From: Dehalococcoidia bacterium
GTDB lineage: Bacteria; Chloroflexota; Dehalococcoidia; DSTF01; RBG-16-68-14
Direction: 5' to 3'
Assembly: GCA_040882355.1 (NCBI GenBank)
Contig: JBBEBM010000060.1
Coordinates: 1 to 64,000, forward strand
Length of the DNA stretch: 64,000 bases
Positions within the stretch are counted from its first letter, which is position 1. Each line of letters starts with the position of its first letter. The position numbers and the translations under genes were made by a program. Of the stretch, positions 28,870 through 37,556 are shown one piece after another. The notes beneath the pieces are model-generated. The model was given only the letters and a program-made list of their open reading frames with translations, was not told the DNA's origin and ran no database searches.

Positions 28870-28990
28870 GCGCGAAACGTGTCATTAGGATTTGCCCTCA
28901 CCCCGGCCTTCGGCCGACCCTCTCCCCTGGGGAGAGGGGACGTTCCCGCCGGCCAGGACCGGTTGCGCGAAACGTGGCATTAGGATTTGC
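28870..28990. repeat. 26-bp direct repeat enclosing a CCCTCACCCC..CCCTCTCCC..GGGAGAGGG REP-like hairpin
   Basis: GCGCGAAACGTG(T/G)CATTAGGATTTGC at 28870-28895 and 28965-28990. Confidence 0.8.
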
Positions 28991-29146
28991 AAAATGGCAC
29001 TTTGCGGGCGTAACACCTCGATCCACCTCCAGCGCGCGAGTCTGGCGCCCAGACACTGAGCGCTGCATCCCCTCGGCGAGTTGTCGAGCCTAGGGTAAGG
29101 GCCGGGCGGAAGAGCGCGTAGTGCGACGTGGCGCGACCAAGCCGGC

Positions 29147-29791
29147 TTATGCCCGTTCAGCGAGCTGCTGGAATGCGGTGCCCGGCGGCCCGTTCGCCAG
29201 CCGCTGGCGGATCTCCTCCGCGCAGGCCTGCGGGCTGAGCAGGGACGTATCGACCTCCATGTCGTAGACGCCAGGCTTGTGCACCTCGTCCTGCCAGAGA
29301 CGCACAGGTGCGGGCACGGGGTCGTCGGCAGTGCTCACGGTGTAGTGCCCGGGTGGAGACTCGTTGCGGCGCTTCATGACCTCCTCGATCGGGCAGCGCA
29401 CGCCGACGAACAGCACGGGCAGCCCCGCGAGCCGTCGCGCGCAATCACCGAGCAGGCCTGGGTGGATCGCGCCGTGATGTCCGACGTCGGCGACGACGTT
29501 GAGGCCGAGCCTGCTGTGCGCCGCGATCGACTCGTAGAACGCGGCGTAGAGCGTTGGCACGAGCGGCTCGAGTTCAGGGCGGTCGCCGCCGAGTGCCGGG
29601 CCCGGGCCCGGCCGGAGGCCGATTCCGGGCTGGTATCGCTTCGGCGTGACGCCTATCGCGAAGACGTCGACGCCGAGGTTCATCCAGACGCCCTCGAAGG
29701 TGTCCTGGACGACCTTGACGATGCTCGACTTCCCCGCGCGAGGGGCGCCGTTGAGGATGACGATCTGGCCGGGCGGTGCTGGTTCGTCCAT
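29147..29791 (-). CDS. Chloramphenicol phosphotransferase-like P-loop kinase
   Basis: ILNGAPRAGKSS, LFVGVRCP and YDMEVDTS motifs. Confidence 0.85.
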   Translation of the reverse strand: MDEPAPPGQIVILNGAPRAGKSSIVKVVQDTFEGVWMNLGVDVFAIGVTPKRYQPGIGLRPGPGPALGGDRPELEPLVPTLYAAFYESIAAHSRLGLNVVADVGHHGAIHPGLLGDCARRLAGLPVLFVGVRCPIEEVMKRRNESPPGHYTVSTADDPVPAPVRLWQDEVHKPGVYDMEVDTSLLSPQACAEEIRQRLANGPPGTAFQQLAERA

Positions 29792-29847
29792 CGTTGGTCA
29801 TTGTACGGGGAGGAACGAGGAAGGAGGAACGCGCCCTGTTCGATTAG

Positions 29848-29876
29848 CCACAGATGAACACAGATGAAACACAGAT
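29848..29876 (+). repeat. Short tandem repeat (CACAGAT x3)
   Basis: CCACAGATGAACACAGATGAAACACAGAT. Confidence 0.8.
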
Positions 29877-30031
29877 TCGCGATGGTCTAGATGGACCAAC
29901 GTTCGGGCCGAAGGAGCGCCACCATGGCGCTCAGGCGGCGGTCGAGGTGGTGAGCACGTGGCCGGGGATGATGGAGACGATCGAGATCCGGCCTGTGCTC
30001 GGCTAGGGGACGCCCGGATCAGAACCATCGC

Positions 30032-31351
30032 CTATTGAACGGCGTACAGGCGCCATTCGTCCGGCACGCCCTTGAGGCGATGCGCCCCGCGATCAGCGAA
30101 ACGGATCTGCGATCCCGCCACCAGATCCTTCACGGTGCTGGAGACGAGCACCTCGTCCGGGCCGGCGGCGGTCGCCACCCGGGCGGCGATATGAACTGCG
30201 ATGCCTCCAACGTCGTCACCGATCAACTCACACTCGCCCGTGTGGAGCCCCGTACGCACCTGAAGTCCCAGCGGGCGCACTCGTTCGCGGATCGAATTGG
30301 CGCACCGTATCGCGCGCGCGGGCCCGTTGAAGGTCGCGAGCAAGCCGTCGCCGGTCGTGTTCACATCGCGCCCGTCGAAGACCGCGAGCTCCTTGCGGAC
30401 GGCCGCGTAGAAGTTACCGAGCAGCTCGCGCCATTGCCGGTCGCCCAGCTCAGCGGCGCGCTCCGTGGAGCCCACAACATCTGTGAACATTAAGGTGGCG
30501 AGCACGCGGTCCGGCTCCGGGCGCTGGCGCGTGCCGGTGATGAACTCCTCCATCTCGTCGAGAAGGTGGTCCAGGACGTCCTCGTCGAGCGCTTGGATCA
30601 GGTGGTCCTCGCCGGGGAGTTCGACGTACTTCGCACCCGGAATGTGCTCGGCCAGATAGCGCCCGGATTCGACCGGCACGAGCGCATCGCCCACACGGTG
30701 GAAGATGAGGGTCGGCGCCTGGATTGAAGGCAGAATGTGGCGGACGTCGATCTCGTAGTTGGCTCGCATGAGCGCCACGATGGCCCCCGGACTCGCCGCG
30801 GCCCGCTCCAGGCCGGCCCACCAGCGGACGAAGGCTTCGTCCTTGGCGCGGCTCGGGGCATTGAGTGCGACGAGGATGCCCTGGCCCCAGCGCCTCTCGA
30901 TGAGGTCGACCGCGGCCGCGAAGACCTCTCGGGTCAGCGCCCAGGGCGGTTCCCGCATCGACGCAAAGGCGCCAAACAGGACGAGGCCCGCGGTTCGCTC
31001 GGGGTAGGTGGCGGCGAACATCAGCGACATCGCGCCGCCCTCCGACCAGCCGTAGATGGTGGCGACCTCGGACCCCGCCGCGTCTATCACGGCTATCACG
31101 TCGCCGGTGCGTTCTTCCAGCGTTTGCTCCCCGACGCGATCGGAGAGCCCCTGGCCGCGTTTGTCGAAGACGATGACCCGGGAGAACGCCCCAAGCCTCT
31201 TCAGCATGTACTCGTTCGGCGGGAACTCCCAGTAGAGCTCCACGTGCGACGTCGTTCCTGGAATCAGCACGATATCGCGCGGGCCGTTGCCGAAGACCCG
31301 GTAGGCGATGTGAACATCTCCACTCCTGGCGTACTTCGTCTGGGCGTCCAT
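30032..31351 (-). CDS. Alpha/beta hydrolase-adenylate cyclase fusion (LipJ-like)
   Basis: YARSGDVHIAY, GWSEGG, FTDVVGST, TGDG and RTGLHTGE motifs. Confidence 0.9.
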   Translation of the reverse strand: MDAQTKYARSGDVHIAYRVFGNGPRDIVLIPGTTSHVELYWEFPPNEYMLKRLGAFSRVIVFDKRGQGLSDRVGEQTLEERTGDVIAVIDAAGSEVATIYGWSEGGAMSLMFAATYPERTAGLVLFGAFASMREPPWALTREVFAAAVDLIERRWGQGILVALNAPSRAKDEAFVRWWAGLERAAASPGAIVALMRANYEIDVRHILPSIQAPTLIFHRVGDALVPVESGRYLAEHIPGAKYVELPGEDHLIQALDEDVLDHLLDEMEEFITGTRQRPEPDRVLATLMFTDVVGSTERAAELGDRQWRELLGNFYAAVRKELAVFDGRDVNTTGDGLLATFNGPARAIRCANSIRERVRPLGLQVRTGLHTGECELIGDDVGGIAVHIAARVATAAGPDEVLVSSTVKDLVAGSQIRFADRGAHRLKGVPDEWRLYAVQ

Positions 31352-31454
31352 CGCTCCTCCGGCTTCGCCTATGGTAGCGCATGCCAGATTGCGTGGCCCC
31401 ACAGCCCCGAAGAGAACCTCCTCGAGGCCCAAAGGCGTCGCGACGAGACATACG

Positions 31455-31919
31455 TTATGCCGTTGAGTGCGCGATCCTGAGGACGGCCGCTACGATTTCG
31501 TCTAAGGGAGCCGTGGTGTCGGTCTCATGGCCGGCGACGCCGCGCAGCTTGGGTTCCGTGTGCTCGAGGTCGCTGTGGACCTGCGCCAGCTCGTCAGGGC
31601 GCTCGCCGAACGGGGTGGTCGTCCTGGTGGCCAACCGTTCTCTGATAACGTTCGCGGGCGCGCTGAGCACGATGATCTCGAACTGGCGATAGAACTGCAC
31701 CTGGTTCGACGCGCAGCCAGCGACTAAGATCACCTCGGCGTCCTCCGTCGCGAGCAGCTCGCGGACGCCGTCCGCGCGCCACACCCACTCGCCGTCCGGC
31801 GCCGCCTCCGACCACCCCGGCTCGTCCACGTCGATGGCCCGGCAGCCGCGCGCAGCGAGCCCGCGCACCAGCGTCGACTTGCCGGTGCCGGACATGCCGG
31901 TGATGAGGACGCGCTTCAT
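31455..31919 (-). CDS. Shikimate kinase-like P-loop protein
   Basis: TGMSGTGKS; GCASNQ. Confidence 0.75.
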   Translation of the reverse strand: MKRVLITGMSGTGKSTLVRGLAARGCRAIDVDEPGWSEAAPDGEWVWRADGVRELLATEDAEVILVAGCASNQVQFYRQFEIIVLSAPANVIRERLATRTTTPFGERPDELAQVHSDLEHTEPKLRGVAGHETDTTAPLDEIVAAVLRIAHSTA

Positions 31920-31963
31920 GGTGCGTACGTGAACAGCGTTCTATCGGCTCTGACGCTCTCTCC

Positions 31964-32233
31964 CTACGCAGGCTCGGTGATCCAAACCTGTGGCTCACCT
32001 ACCACGCCGGCCTTCGCCATAGCGTCTCGGAGCTCGGCGCTCTCGATGAAGGCGTTCGCGCCATCGGCTGTCCCGAAGTCGTGGGTCACGGTGACATCGT
32101 TTGCGTCCGCGACGCTGCGATAGATGGCGTCGCCGAGGACTCCCATGTGGCGGCGGGTCGGTTCAAAGTCGGCGTAGGCCCTGCGCCAGGCGTCATACTC
32201 GGACACGCGGTGGCGGATGAATAGTCGAGGCAT
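31964..32233 (-). CDS. Small dimeric alpha+beta barrel-like protein
   Basis: HRVSEYDAWRRAY..LRDAMAKAGVVGEP pattern; SD upstream. Confidence 0.65.
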   Translation of the reverse strand: MPRLFIRHRVSEYDAWRRAYADFEPTRRHMGVLGDAIYRSVADANDVTVTHDFGTADGANAFIESAELRDAMAKAGVVGEPQVWITEPA

Positions 32234-32259
32234 GCTGCTTTCCTTGGTTCCTTCCCCGT

Positions 32260-32697
32260 CTACGCGGGCGTTTGCGCCCCAGGTGGCTCAACTGCGATCT
32301 CACCCGACACGTCGGAAACAGCGGCAAGCGTGTTGTAGATCGTGCCGAACTTCTCGATGTTCTTGCGCAGGTTCTCGACCCGCTGCGGCGGTTCGTCCGT
32401 CACGAGCCGCAGTACATACCGCACGCGTGCGATGCGAGGCGGGGCGTCTTCACGCTCTGCCACGACATCGATGGCGGCGTGGTCGTAGCGGAATGGGAGT
32501 ATCTCGGCGAAGCGGGAGACATTCTTCAACACGCAGGCAGCGAAGGCCGCCGCCAGCAACTCGGCCGGCCCCGCCAGCTGCTGGCTTGGTGACGGCCCGC
32601 TGTCGAACGTAATCCGGGTCTGCTTACATCTCGCTTCGGAGACACCGGGGCCGGTGTTCTCCGCCTGCAGCTCATAGCGCATGACTGCCTGGGTCAT
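32260..32697 (-). CDS. OsmC family protein
   Basis: GPAELLAAAFAAC; GTIYNTL. Confidence 0.8.
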   Translation of the reverse strand: MTQAVMRYELQAENTGPGVSEARCKQTRITFDSGPSPSQQLAGPAELLAAAFAACVLKNVSRFAEILPFRYDHAAIDVVAEREDAPPRIARVRYVLRLVTDEPPQRVENLRKNIEKFGTIYNTLAAVSDVSGEIAVEPPGAQTPA

Positions 32698-32733
32698 CTT
32701 ACCTCCCGTCTCCGGATATCCTGCGCACCGATG

Positions 32734-32913
32734 CTAGTCATCCGCAAGCTCCGCTGCCTCCTTCGCGCCGAGGATGCGAAAGACCTTCGTCGTGCCGTCA
32801 TCACTGGCGATACCGCGAACCGCCTTACGGCCGTTCTTCATGGTCACGACCTCCGAATTCATGATCGTGCATTCCTTCCGGGTCCGGAGATTGTAAGCCT
32901 TGTACTCCTTCAT
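32734..32913 (-). CDS. 59-aa DUF5679-like protein without the zinc cysteines (not in ORF track)
   Basis: MKEYKAYNLRTRKECTIMNSEVVTMKNGRKAVRGIASDDGTTKVFRILG...; SD GAAGGAGGGG. Confidence 0.7.
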   Translation of the reverse strand: MKEYKAYNLRTRKECTIMNSEVVTMKNGRKAVRGIASDDGTTKVFRILGAKEAAELADD

Positions 32914-32965
32914 TGCGGCCCCTCCTTCTGGAATCTCTAACCGGTGGGGCTCATCGGCCGCGCGT

Positions 32966-33085
32966 CTATTGCTTCAAGGTCATCGGGTTCCCGCAACAAT
33001 GCAGCGTACCCTCACCGCCCTTCGTAACGATGAACTCGGACCCGCAGTGTTTGCACACGTATCGCTTGCCGACGATGTTGGCCAC
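32966..33085 (-). CDS. 39-aa stand-alone desulforedoxin-like protein (not in ORF track)
   Basis: MANIVGKRYVCKHCGSEFIVTKGGEGTLHCCGNPMTLKQ has CxxC..CCG; GTG start after AAGAGG. Confidence 0.75.
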   Translation of the reverse strand: MANIVGKRYVCKHCGSEFIVTKGGEGTLHCCGNPMTLKQ

Positions 33086-33101
33086 GCTCTACTGCCTCTT
33101 C

Positions 33102-33314
33102 TCAGTCCCAGGCGGGGCCCGGGGCGCCTTCCGCCGCTAGCTGGCGCTGTAGAGCGCCAAGGTCTCTCTCCAGTCGTTTCAACCTCCGCCACGTCAGGAC
33201 TGTCCAGATGATCGGAGTAAACACGAGCAAGGGCATCAGCAGCATGAACCGGCGGGGCGGGCGCCTGCTATGCCGGGAACCAAGTCCTTCTGCGTGCTCA
33301 GGGTGTCGGCACAT
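33102..33314 (-). CDS. Small single-TM hypothetical protein
   Basis: Hydrophobic FMLLMPLLVFTPIIWTVLTW segment; purine-rich SD. Confidence 0.45.
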   Translation of the reverse strand: MCRHPEHAEGLGSRHSRRPPRRFMLLMPLLVFTPIIWTVLTWRRLKRLERDLGALQRQLAAEGAPGPAWD

Positions 33315-33534
33315 GGCTTCTTCTCTCCAGGAGCGAGTGGAGCCATCATTAGAAGAGCCACTCGCTACGAGCATCATAGCCTGGCGCCACGCTATCCAGG
33401 CAGGGCCAACCCGACGTAGAGAATAGGCCGTTTGGCGGGCCATCTGAGGCCGGTCTGGCCCGATGATGGCGCCCGAGCGGCCCGGCGTTGCGGCGCGGCT
33501 TCGGTATCATGGTGGCATTGCGAAGGAGGACGGC

Positions 33535-33798
33535 ATGCCGATGGTATACGAGCATTCGGTGGTAGAGGCTGGTGCCTTGTGGGCAAAGATGCATCCGCAT
33601 GGGGCGGATCGCATCAGGGATGTCGTGACCGGAGTCTTCGCGATCAAGAAATGTCACGAGCCTGAAGAGATGCTGTGCGCTAATTGCTACCGAGAGCTTG
33701 TGCGGGTGATCCGCGAGGAGGACCCATCCGTTGCAGAATCCATGCGCAAGGGCGAATACACGTGGACCCGCGCTTGGCTGCACGGAGCAGTCGGCTGA
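33535..33798 (+). CDS. Hypothetical protein
   Basis: Strong SD AAGGAGG; CH..CANC motif. Confidence 0.5.
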   Translation: MPMVYEHSVVEAGALWAKMHPHGADRIRDVVTGVFAIKKCHEPEEMLCANCYRELVRVIREEDPSVAESMRKGEYTWTRAWLHGAVG

Positions 33799-33890
33799 AG
33801 GCGATCTGCTCGCGAGCAGGATCAACCTCGGATCTCGGACCCCCCCTGCTTGGGAAGCAAGGGTGGGAACGGCGGCTCGGCCCCTGCCGT

Positions 33891-34772
33891 CTACCCCTCG
33901 ACGGTCAGGCTCATGTCGAGGGCGGGGGCGGAGTGGGTGATGCCGCCGACCGAGATGACGTCGACGCCGGTCTCCGCAATGGCGCGCACGTTCTCCAGCG
34001 TCACGCCGCCCGAGGCCTCGGTGAGGGCGCGGCCGCGCGCGGCTTCGACGGCGCGGCGCATCTCGTCGACCGGCATGTTGTCGAGCAGGAGCACGTCGGC
34101 GCCCGCTGTGAGCGCCTCGATGGCCTGATCGACCGTCGTTACCTCGATCTCGACGCGCATGACGTGGGGCGCGGCCAGGCGCATCTGCTGGATCGCCTGC
34201 GCGATGGTGTCGCCGCGGGCGCGGATGACCGCGATGTGGTTGTCTTTGATCAGCACACCGTCAGCCAGGTTGAAGCGGTGGTTGCGCCCGCCGCCGACGC
34301 GCACCGCGTAACGCTCCAGCGTCCGCAGGCCGGGCGTCGTCTTGCGCGTGTCGACGATGCGGACGCGGCCGGTGAAGCCGGCGCCGGCGGTCGCTTCGAC
34401 GAGCTGGCGGGTGGCCGTCGCGACGCCTGAGAGGCGCTGGAGGAAGTTCAGCGCGACCCGCTCGCCGCTCAAGACGGGCGCCAGCGCGCCCTCGATGCGG
34501 GCGACGGGGGTGGCCGGGCCGACGCTCGCGCCTTCGGGCAGGAGCGCCTCCAGACGAAGGGACTGATCGAGGGCGGCGAAGACGGTGGCGGCGACGGGCA
34601 GGCCCGCGAGCACGCCCTGGCCCTTGACGGTGATCGTCGCGATACCGCGCTGCTCGGGCGGTACCAGGGCTTGCGTGGTGATGTCCCGACGGGCCGCGTC
34701 CTCCTCCAGCGCCATTTCGACGACGCGGCGCAGGAGCATCGGATCGAGCGGGGGTGGGCGTACCTCCGGCAT
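33891..34772 (-). CDS. nadC: Nicotinate-nucleotide pyrophosphorylase
   Basis: DTRKTTPG, NHRFNL, IKDNH and EASGG motifs. Confidence 0.95.
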   Translation of the reverse strand: MPEVRPPPLDPMLLRRVVEMALEEDAARRDITTQALVPPEQRGIATITVKGQGVLAGLPVAATVFAALDQSLRLEALLPEGASVGPATPVARIEGALAPVLSGERVALNFLQRLSGVATATRQLVEATAGAGFTGRVRIVDTRKTTPGLRTLERYAVRVGGGRNHRFNLADGVLIKDNHIAVIRARGDTIAQAIQQMRLAAPHVMRVEIEVTTVDQAIEALTAGADVLLLDNMPVDEMRRAVEAARGRALTEASGGVTLENVRAIAETGVDVISVGGITHSAPALDMSLTVEG

Positions 34773-34821
34773 TGCCCAGTCATTGTGCGTCGGCGCTGGA
34801 GTTTGAGCAAGCACGAATGTG

Positions 34822-36357
34822 TTACGCCTCTTGCCGGAAGACGATGTGCCGCCGCCACGCCTCCAGAGGCTCGGGGAAGTCGGTACGGTAATGCGCGCCG
34901 CGGCTCTCTTCGCGCCGGAGCGCCGATTCGGCCACCAGCCGGCCGCCGAGCACCATGTTCGCGAGCTCGTCGGCGGGGCGGTCGGCCGGGCGCGTGAGCG
35001 ACGCCTGCCACGCCGAGAGCGTGTCGCAGGCGCGCTGGAGTGGGTCGCCGTCGCGGACGATGCCCACCTGCTCCCACATCAGCGCCTGCAGCGCCGAGCG
35101 GCTGAGCGGCGGCGCTTCGGTGCGCTGGGCGGTCGACAGGGCGAAGGCGTCGGGCGTGGGGGACGCGGGCGTGGGGGCGTCGCCGGTCGCGAGCGCGCGC
35201 TCGACGACGCGTCGCGCGAAGACGACGGTTTCGAGCAGGGAGTTCGAGGCGAGGCGGTTCGCGCCGTGGACGCCGGTGCAGGCGCACTCGCCGCAGGCGT
35301 ACAGCCCGGCGACGGTCGTTTCGCCCCAGACGTTGGTGCGGACGCCACCCATCATGTAGTGCGCGGCCGGCGAGACGGGCACGGGCTCCTTCGTCATGTC
35401 GACGCCGTGCTCCAGGCAGTGATGGTAGATCTGCGGGAAGCGCGCGCTGACGCGGTCCGGCTCCAGGTGCGTCACGTCCAGGTAGACGCGGTCCGCGCCG
35501 GACTGCGCCAGCGCGGTATGGATCGGGCGCGCGACGATGTCGCGCGGGGCGAGCTCGGCGCGCTCGTCGTACTCCGGCATGAAGCGACGCCCGTTCGCGT
35601 CGCGCAGGATGCCGCCCTCGCCGCGCACCGCCTCGGAGATGAGGAACACGGGCACGCCGGGCAGGCAGAGGGCCGTCGGGTGGAACTGGATGAACTCCAT
35701 GTCCGCGATCTCGGCGCCCGCGCGGTAGCCGAGCGCGACGCCGTCGCCCGTGGCGACCGCCGGGTTCGTGCTGACGCGGTAGAGCTGGCCGCAGCCGCCC
35801 GTCGCGAGCACCACCGCGCGGCCCTCGAAGGTCTGGCGCGCGTTCGTGCGCGCGTCGAGCGTGGCGACGCCGGTCGCGCGCTCGCCTTCGACCAGCACGT
35901 CCTCGACGAGGCAGTACTCCTTGATCGCGATGCGCGACATGCGCGCGAGCGACGAGAGCGACAGCTCGATGTGAGCGCCGGTGGCGTCGCCGCCAGCGTG
36001 GATGATGCGCGGCCGGCTGTGGGCGCCCTCGCGGCCCAGCGCCACCTCGCCGTCAACGCTGTCGAAGGGCACGCCGAAGCGCACGAGGTCGCGGATGCGC
36101 TCCGCCGCCTCGGTGACGAGGATGCGCGCAGCCTCTTCGTCGACCAGGCCGGCGCCCGCCTCGATCGTGTCGCGCAGATGCAGCTCAGGCGAGTCGTCCG
36201 GGCCGACGGCGGCGGCGATGCCGCCCTGCGCGTAGCGGGTATTGCACTCGTCGATGGAGCCCTTGGTGAGGATGAGGACGGAGCCGTGCTCGCGGGCGAG
36301 GAGGGCGGCGTAGAGGCCGGCGATGCCGGAGCCGACGATGATGTAGTCGTAGCGCAT
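34822..36357 (-). CDS. nadB: L-aspartate oxidase
   Basis: YAQGGIAA, QFHPT and GVHGANRLASNSLLE motifs; adjacent to nadC. Confidence 0.95.
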   Translation of the reverse strand: MRYDYIIVGSGIAGLYAALLAREHGSVLILTKGSIDECNTRYAQGGIAAAVGPDDSPELHLRDTIEAGAGLVDEEAARILVTEAAERIRDLVRFGVPFDSVDGEVALGREGAHSRPRIIHAGGDATGAHIELSLSSLARMSRIAIKEYCLVEDVLVEGERATGVATLDARTNARQTFEGRAVVLATGGCGQLYRVSTNPAVATGDGVALGYRAGAEIADMEFIQFHPTALCLPGVPVFLISEAVRGEGGILRDANGRRFMPEYDERAELAPRDIVARPIHTALAQSGADRVYLDVTHLEPDRVSARFPQIYHHCLEHGVDMTKEPVPVSPAAHYMMGGVRTNVWGETTVAGLYACGECACTGVHGANRLASNSLLETVVFARRVVERALATGDAPTPASPTPDAFALSTAQRTEAPPLSRSALQALMWEQVGIVRDGDPLQRACDTLSAWQASLTRPADRPADELANMVLGGRLVAESALRREESRGAHYRTDFPEPLEAWRRHIVFRQEA

Positions 36358-36393
36358 CCCTCACCCCCGTCCCCTCTCCCTCGGGGAGAGGGG
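36358..36393. repeat. REP-like hairpin abutting the nadB start codon
   Basis: CCCTCACCCCCGTCCCCTCTCCCTCGGGGAGAGGGG; same family as the element near 28895. Confidence 0.7.
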
Positions 36394-36469
36394 TGCGTGC
36401 TTGGCCTGCGCCTCACAGGGTCGAGGCCGAGGGCTGGAAGTTGAGTTGATGTAGCTGCGGCGCATCGAG

Positions 36470-36494
36470 AGTTAGTGTATCACGTACACTAACT
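36470..36494. promoter_or_regulatory. NrtR-like operator upstream of nadBC
   Basis: Perfect 10-bp inverted repeat AGTTAGTGTA-N5-TACACTAACT containing the GT-N7-AC core. Confidence 0.65.
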
Positions 36495-36502
36495 TGTGTC
36501 GA

Positions 36503-36661
36503 CTAGACGAGCTGGGGCGGTGGTCCAGCCTTGCGGCGCTGGCCGCTGCCGCCGCAGTCGGGGCACTCGATGACGATGCTGTCGCTGCCGGGCATGCTCA
36601 GGTTGCCCTCACCGCTGCAGATATCGCAGCGCACCAGCGTTCCTGCTCCGGCGACGCGCAT
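36503..36661 (-). CDS. 52-aa DnaJ-type zinc-finger mini-protein (not in ORF track)
   Basis: MRVAGAGTLVRCDICSGEGNLSMPGSDSIVIECPDCGGSGQRRKAGPPPQLV has two CxxCxGxG motifs. Confidence 0.6.
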   Translation of the reverse strand: MRVAGAGTLVRCDICSGEGNLSMPGSDSIVIECPDCGGSGQRRKAGPPPQLV

Positions 36662-36847
36662 CGCTTCGTCTCTTCCCTGGTGACGTCAGTCTAGCAGAGA
36701 TGGGCCCGCGCGAGGGCAATCCGGCCTCGACTGCGGGCCGTATGTTGAGTAAGGGAGCGCGCATCCACCAGCTAGGCGTCGCTCCCCAGGCGGCGCGGAT
36801 GCGGAGTCGCGCCGCCTGTTACGTTCAGCGGCGGCGAACGACACCAA

Positions 36848-36873
36848 CAGCGCCCCGAGCGATCGGGGCGCTG
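36848..36873 (-). terminator. Hairpin terminator after hsp20
   Basis: CAGCGCCCCGA-N4-TCGGGGCGCTG. Confidence 0.6.
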
Positions 36874-36904
36874 AGCCTACGGGCAGCCGGCCGTCAGGCG
36901 GGTC

Positions 36905-37378
36905 TCACTCCTTCTTGCTCTCGATGACGCTCTTGGCCTTGACGGCGATGGTCTTCGGTCGCATCTCGGCGGCCTTGGGCAGGTGGAGCGTCAGCACGCC
37001 GTGCTCGAAGACGGCGTCGGCCTTGTCCGCCTCGACGCGGACGGGCAGCGTCAGCGCGCGCTGGAACGAGCCCTGACGCAGCTCCTTGCGGTAGTAGTTC
37101 GGCTTCGTCTCCTCGTGCTCGGACTTGCTCTCGCCCTTGATCGTGAGCGTGTCGCCGGTGACCGAGATCTCGACCTCCTCCGGCTTTACGCCCGGGAGGG
37201 AGGCCTTGACGACGATCTCCTCGTCGGTCTCCAGCAGGTCGACTGGGACGGTCGCTTCGCCGTTCTCCCAGGTGATCAGGCGCCAGGGGCGGCTGAAGCC
37301 GCGCTCGAACAGCCTGTCCATCGTGTCCCGGAGGTCGGTCATCTCGCGGAACGGGTCCCACCGTGTAATGTCAGCCAT
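36905..37378 (-). CDS. Hsp20/alpha-crystallin small heat shock protein
   Basis: WDPFRE, LPGVKPEEVEISV and GVLTLHLPK motifs. Confidence 0.95.
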   Translation of the reverse strand: MADITRWDPFREMTDLRDTMDRLFERGFSRPWRLITWENGEATVPVDLLETDEEIVVKASLPGVKPEEVEISVTGDTLTIKGESKSEHEETKPNYYRKELRQGSFQRALTLPVRVEADKADAVFEHGVLTLHLPKAAEMRPKTIAVKAKSVIESKKE

Positions 37379-37441
37379 CTCTTCTGTACCTCCATTGTAT
37401 ATTTGGCGCCGGGCCGGCTGCCCCCAGCGATTCCACTCTCG

Positions 37442-37542
37442 ATTATACGGCTACTCTCCTATGATGTCAAGACTCTTGATGCTCTTGCTATCAACTTTTC
37501 TCCTGTTGCTCCTTTGACATCACGCGGTTCCTTTCATATACT
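37442..37542. promoter_or_regulatory. Back-to-back sigma70 promoters with a central HAIR-like (HspR) operator
   Basis: Minus strand TTGACA(37470-65)-17-TATAAT(37447-42); plus strand TTGACA(37514-19)-17-TATACT(37537-42); TTGA-N11-TCAA at 37476-37494. Confidence 0.75.
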
Positions 37543-37556
37543 AAGACTGAACAGTC

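Noticed and set aside
28870..28990. 26-bp direct repeats as a mini-CRISPR
   Set aside because: Two units only; the 69-bp intervening sequence is a REP-like hairpin; no cas genes.
34819..36444. 541-aa + strand ORF, and similar long ORFs such as 10576-11940, 40108-41319, 41479-42606 and 55627-57728
   Set aside because: Antisense shadows of nadB, tilS, clpC, dnaJ and mreB, expected in high-GC DNA; no recognisable motifs.
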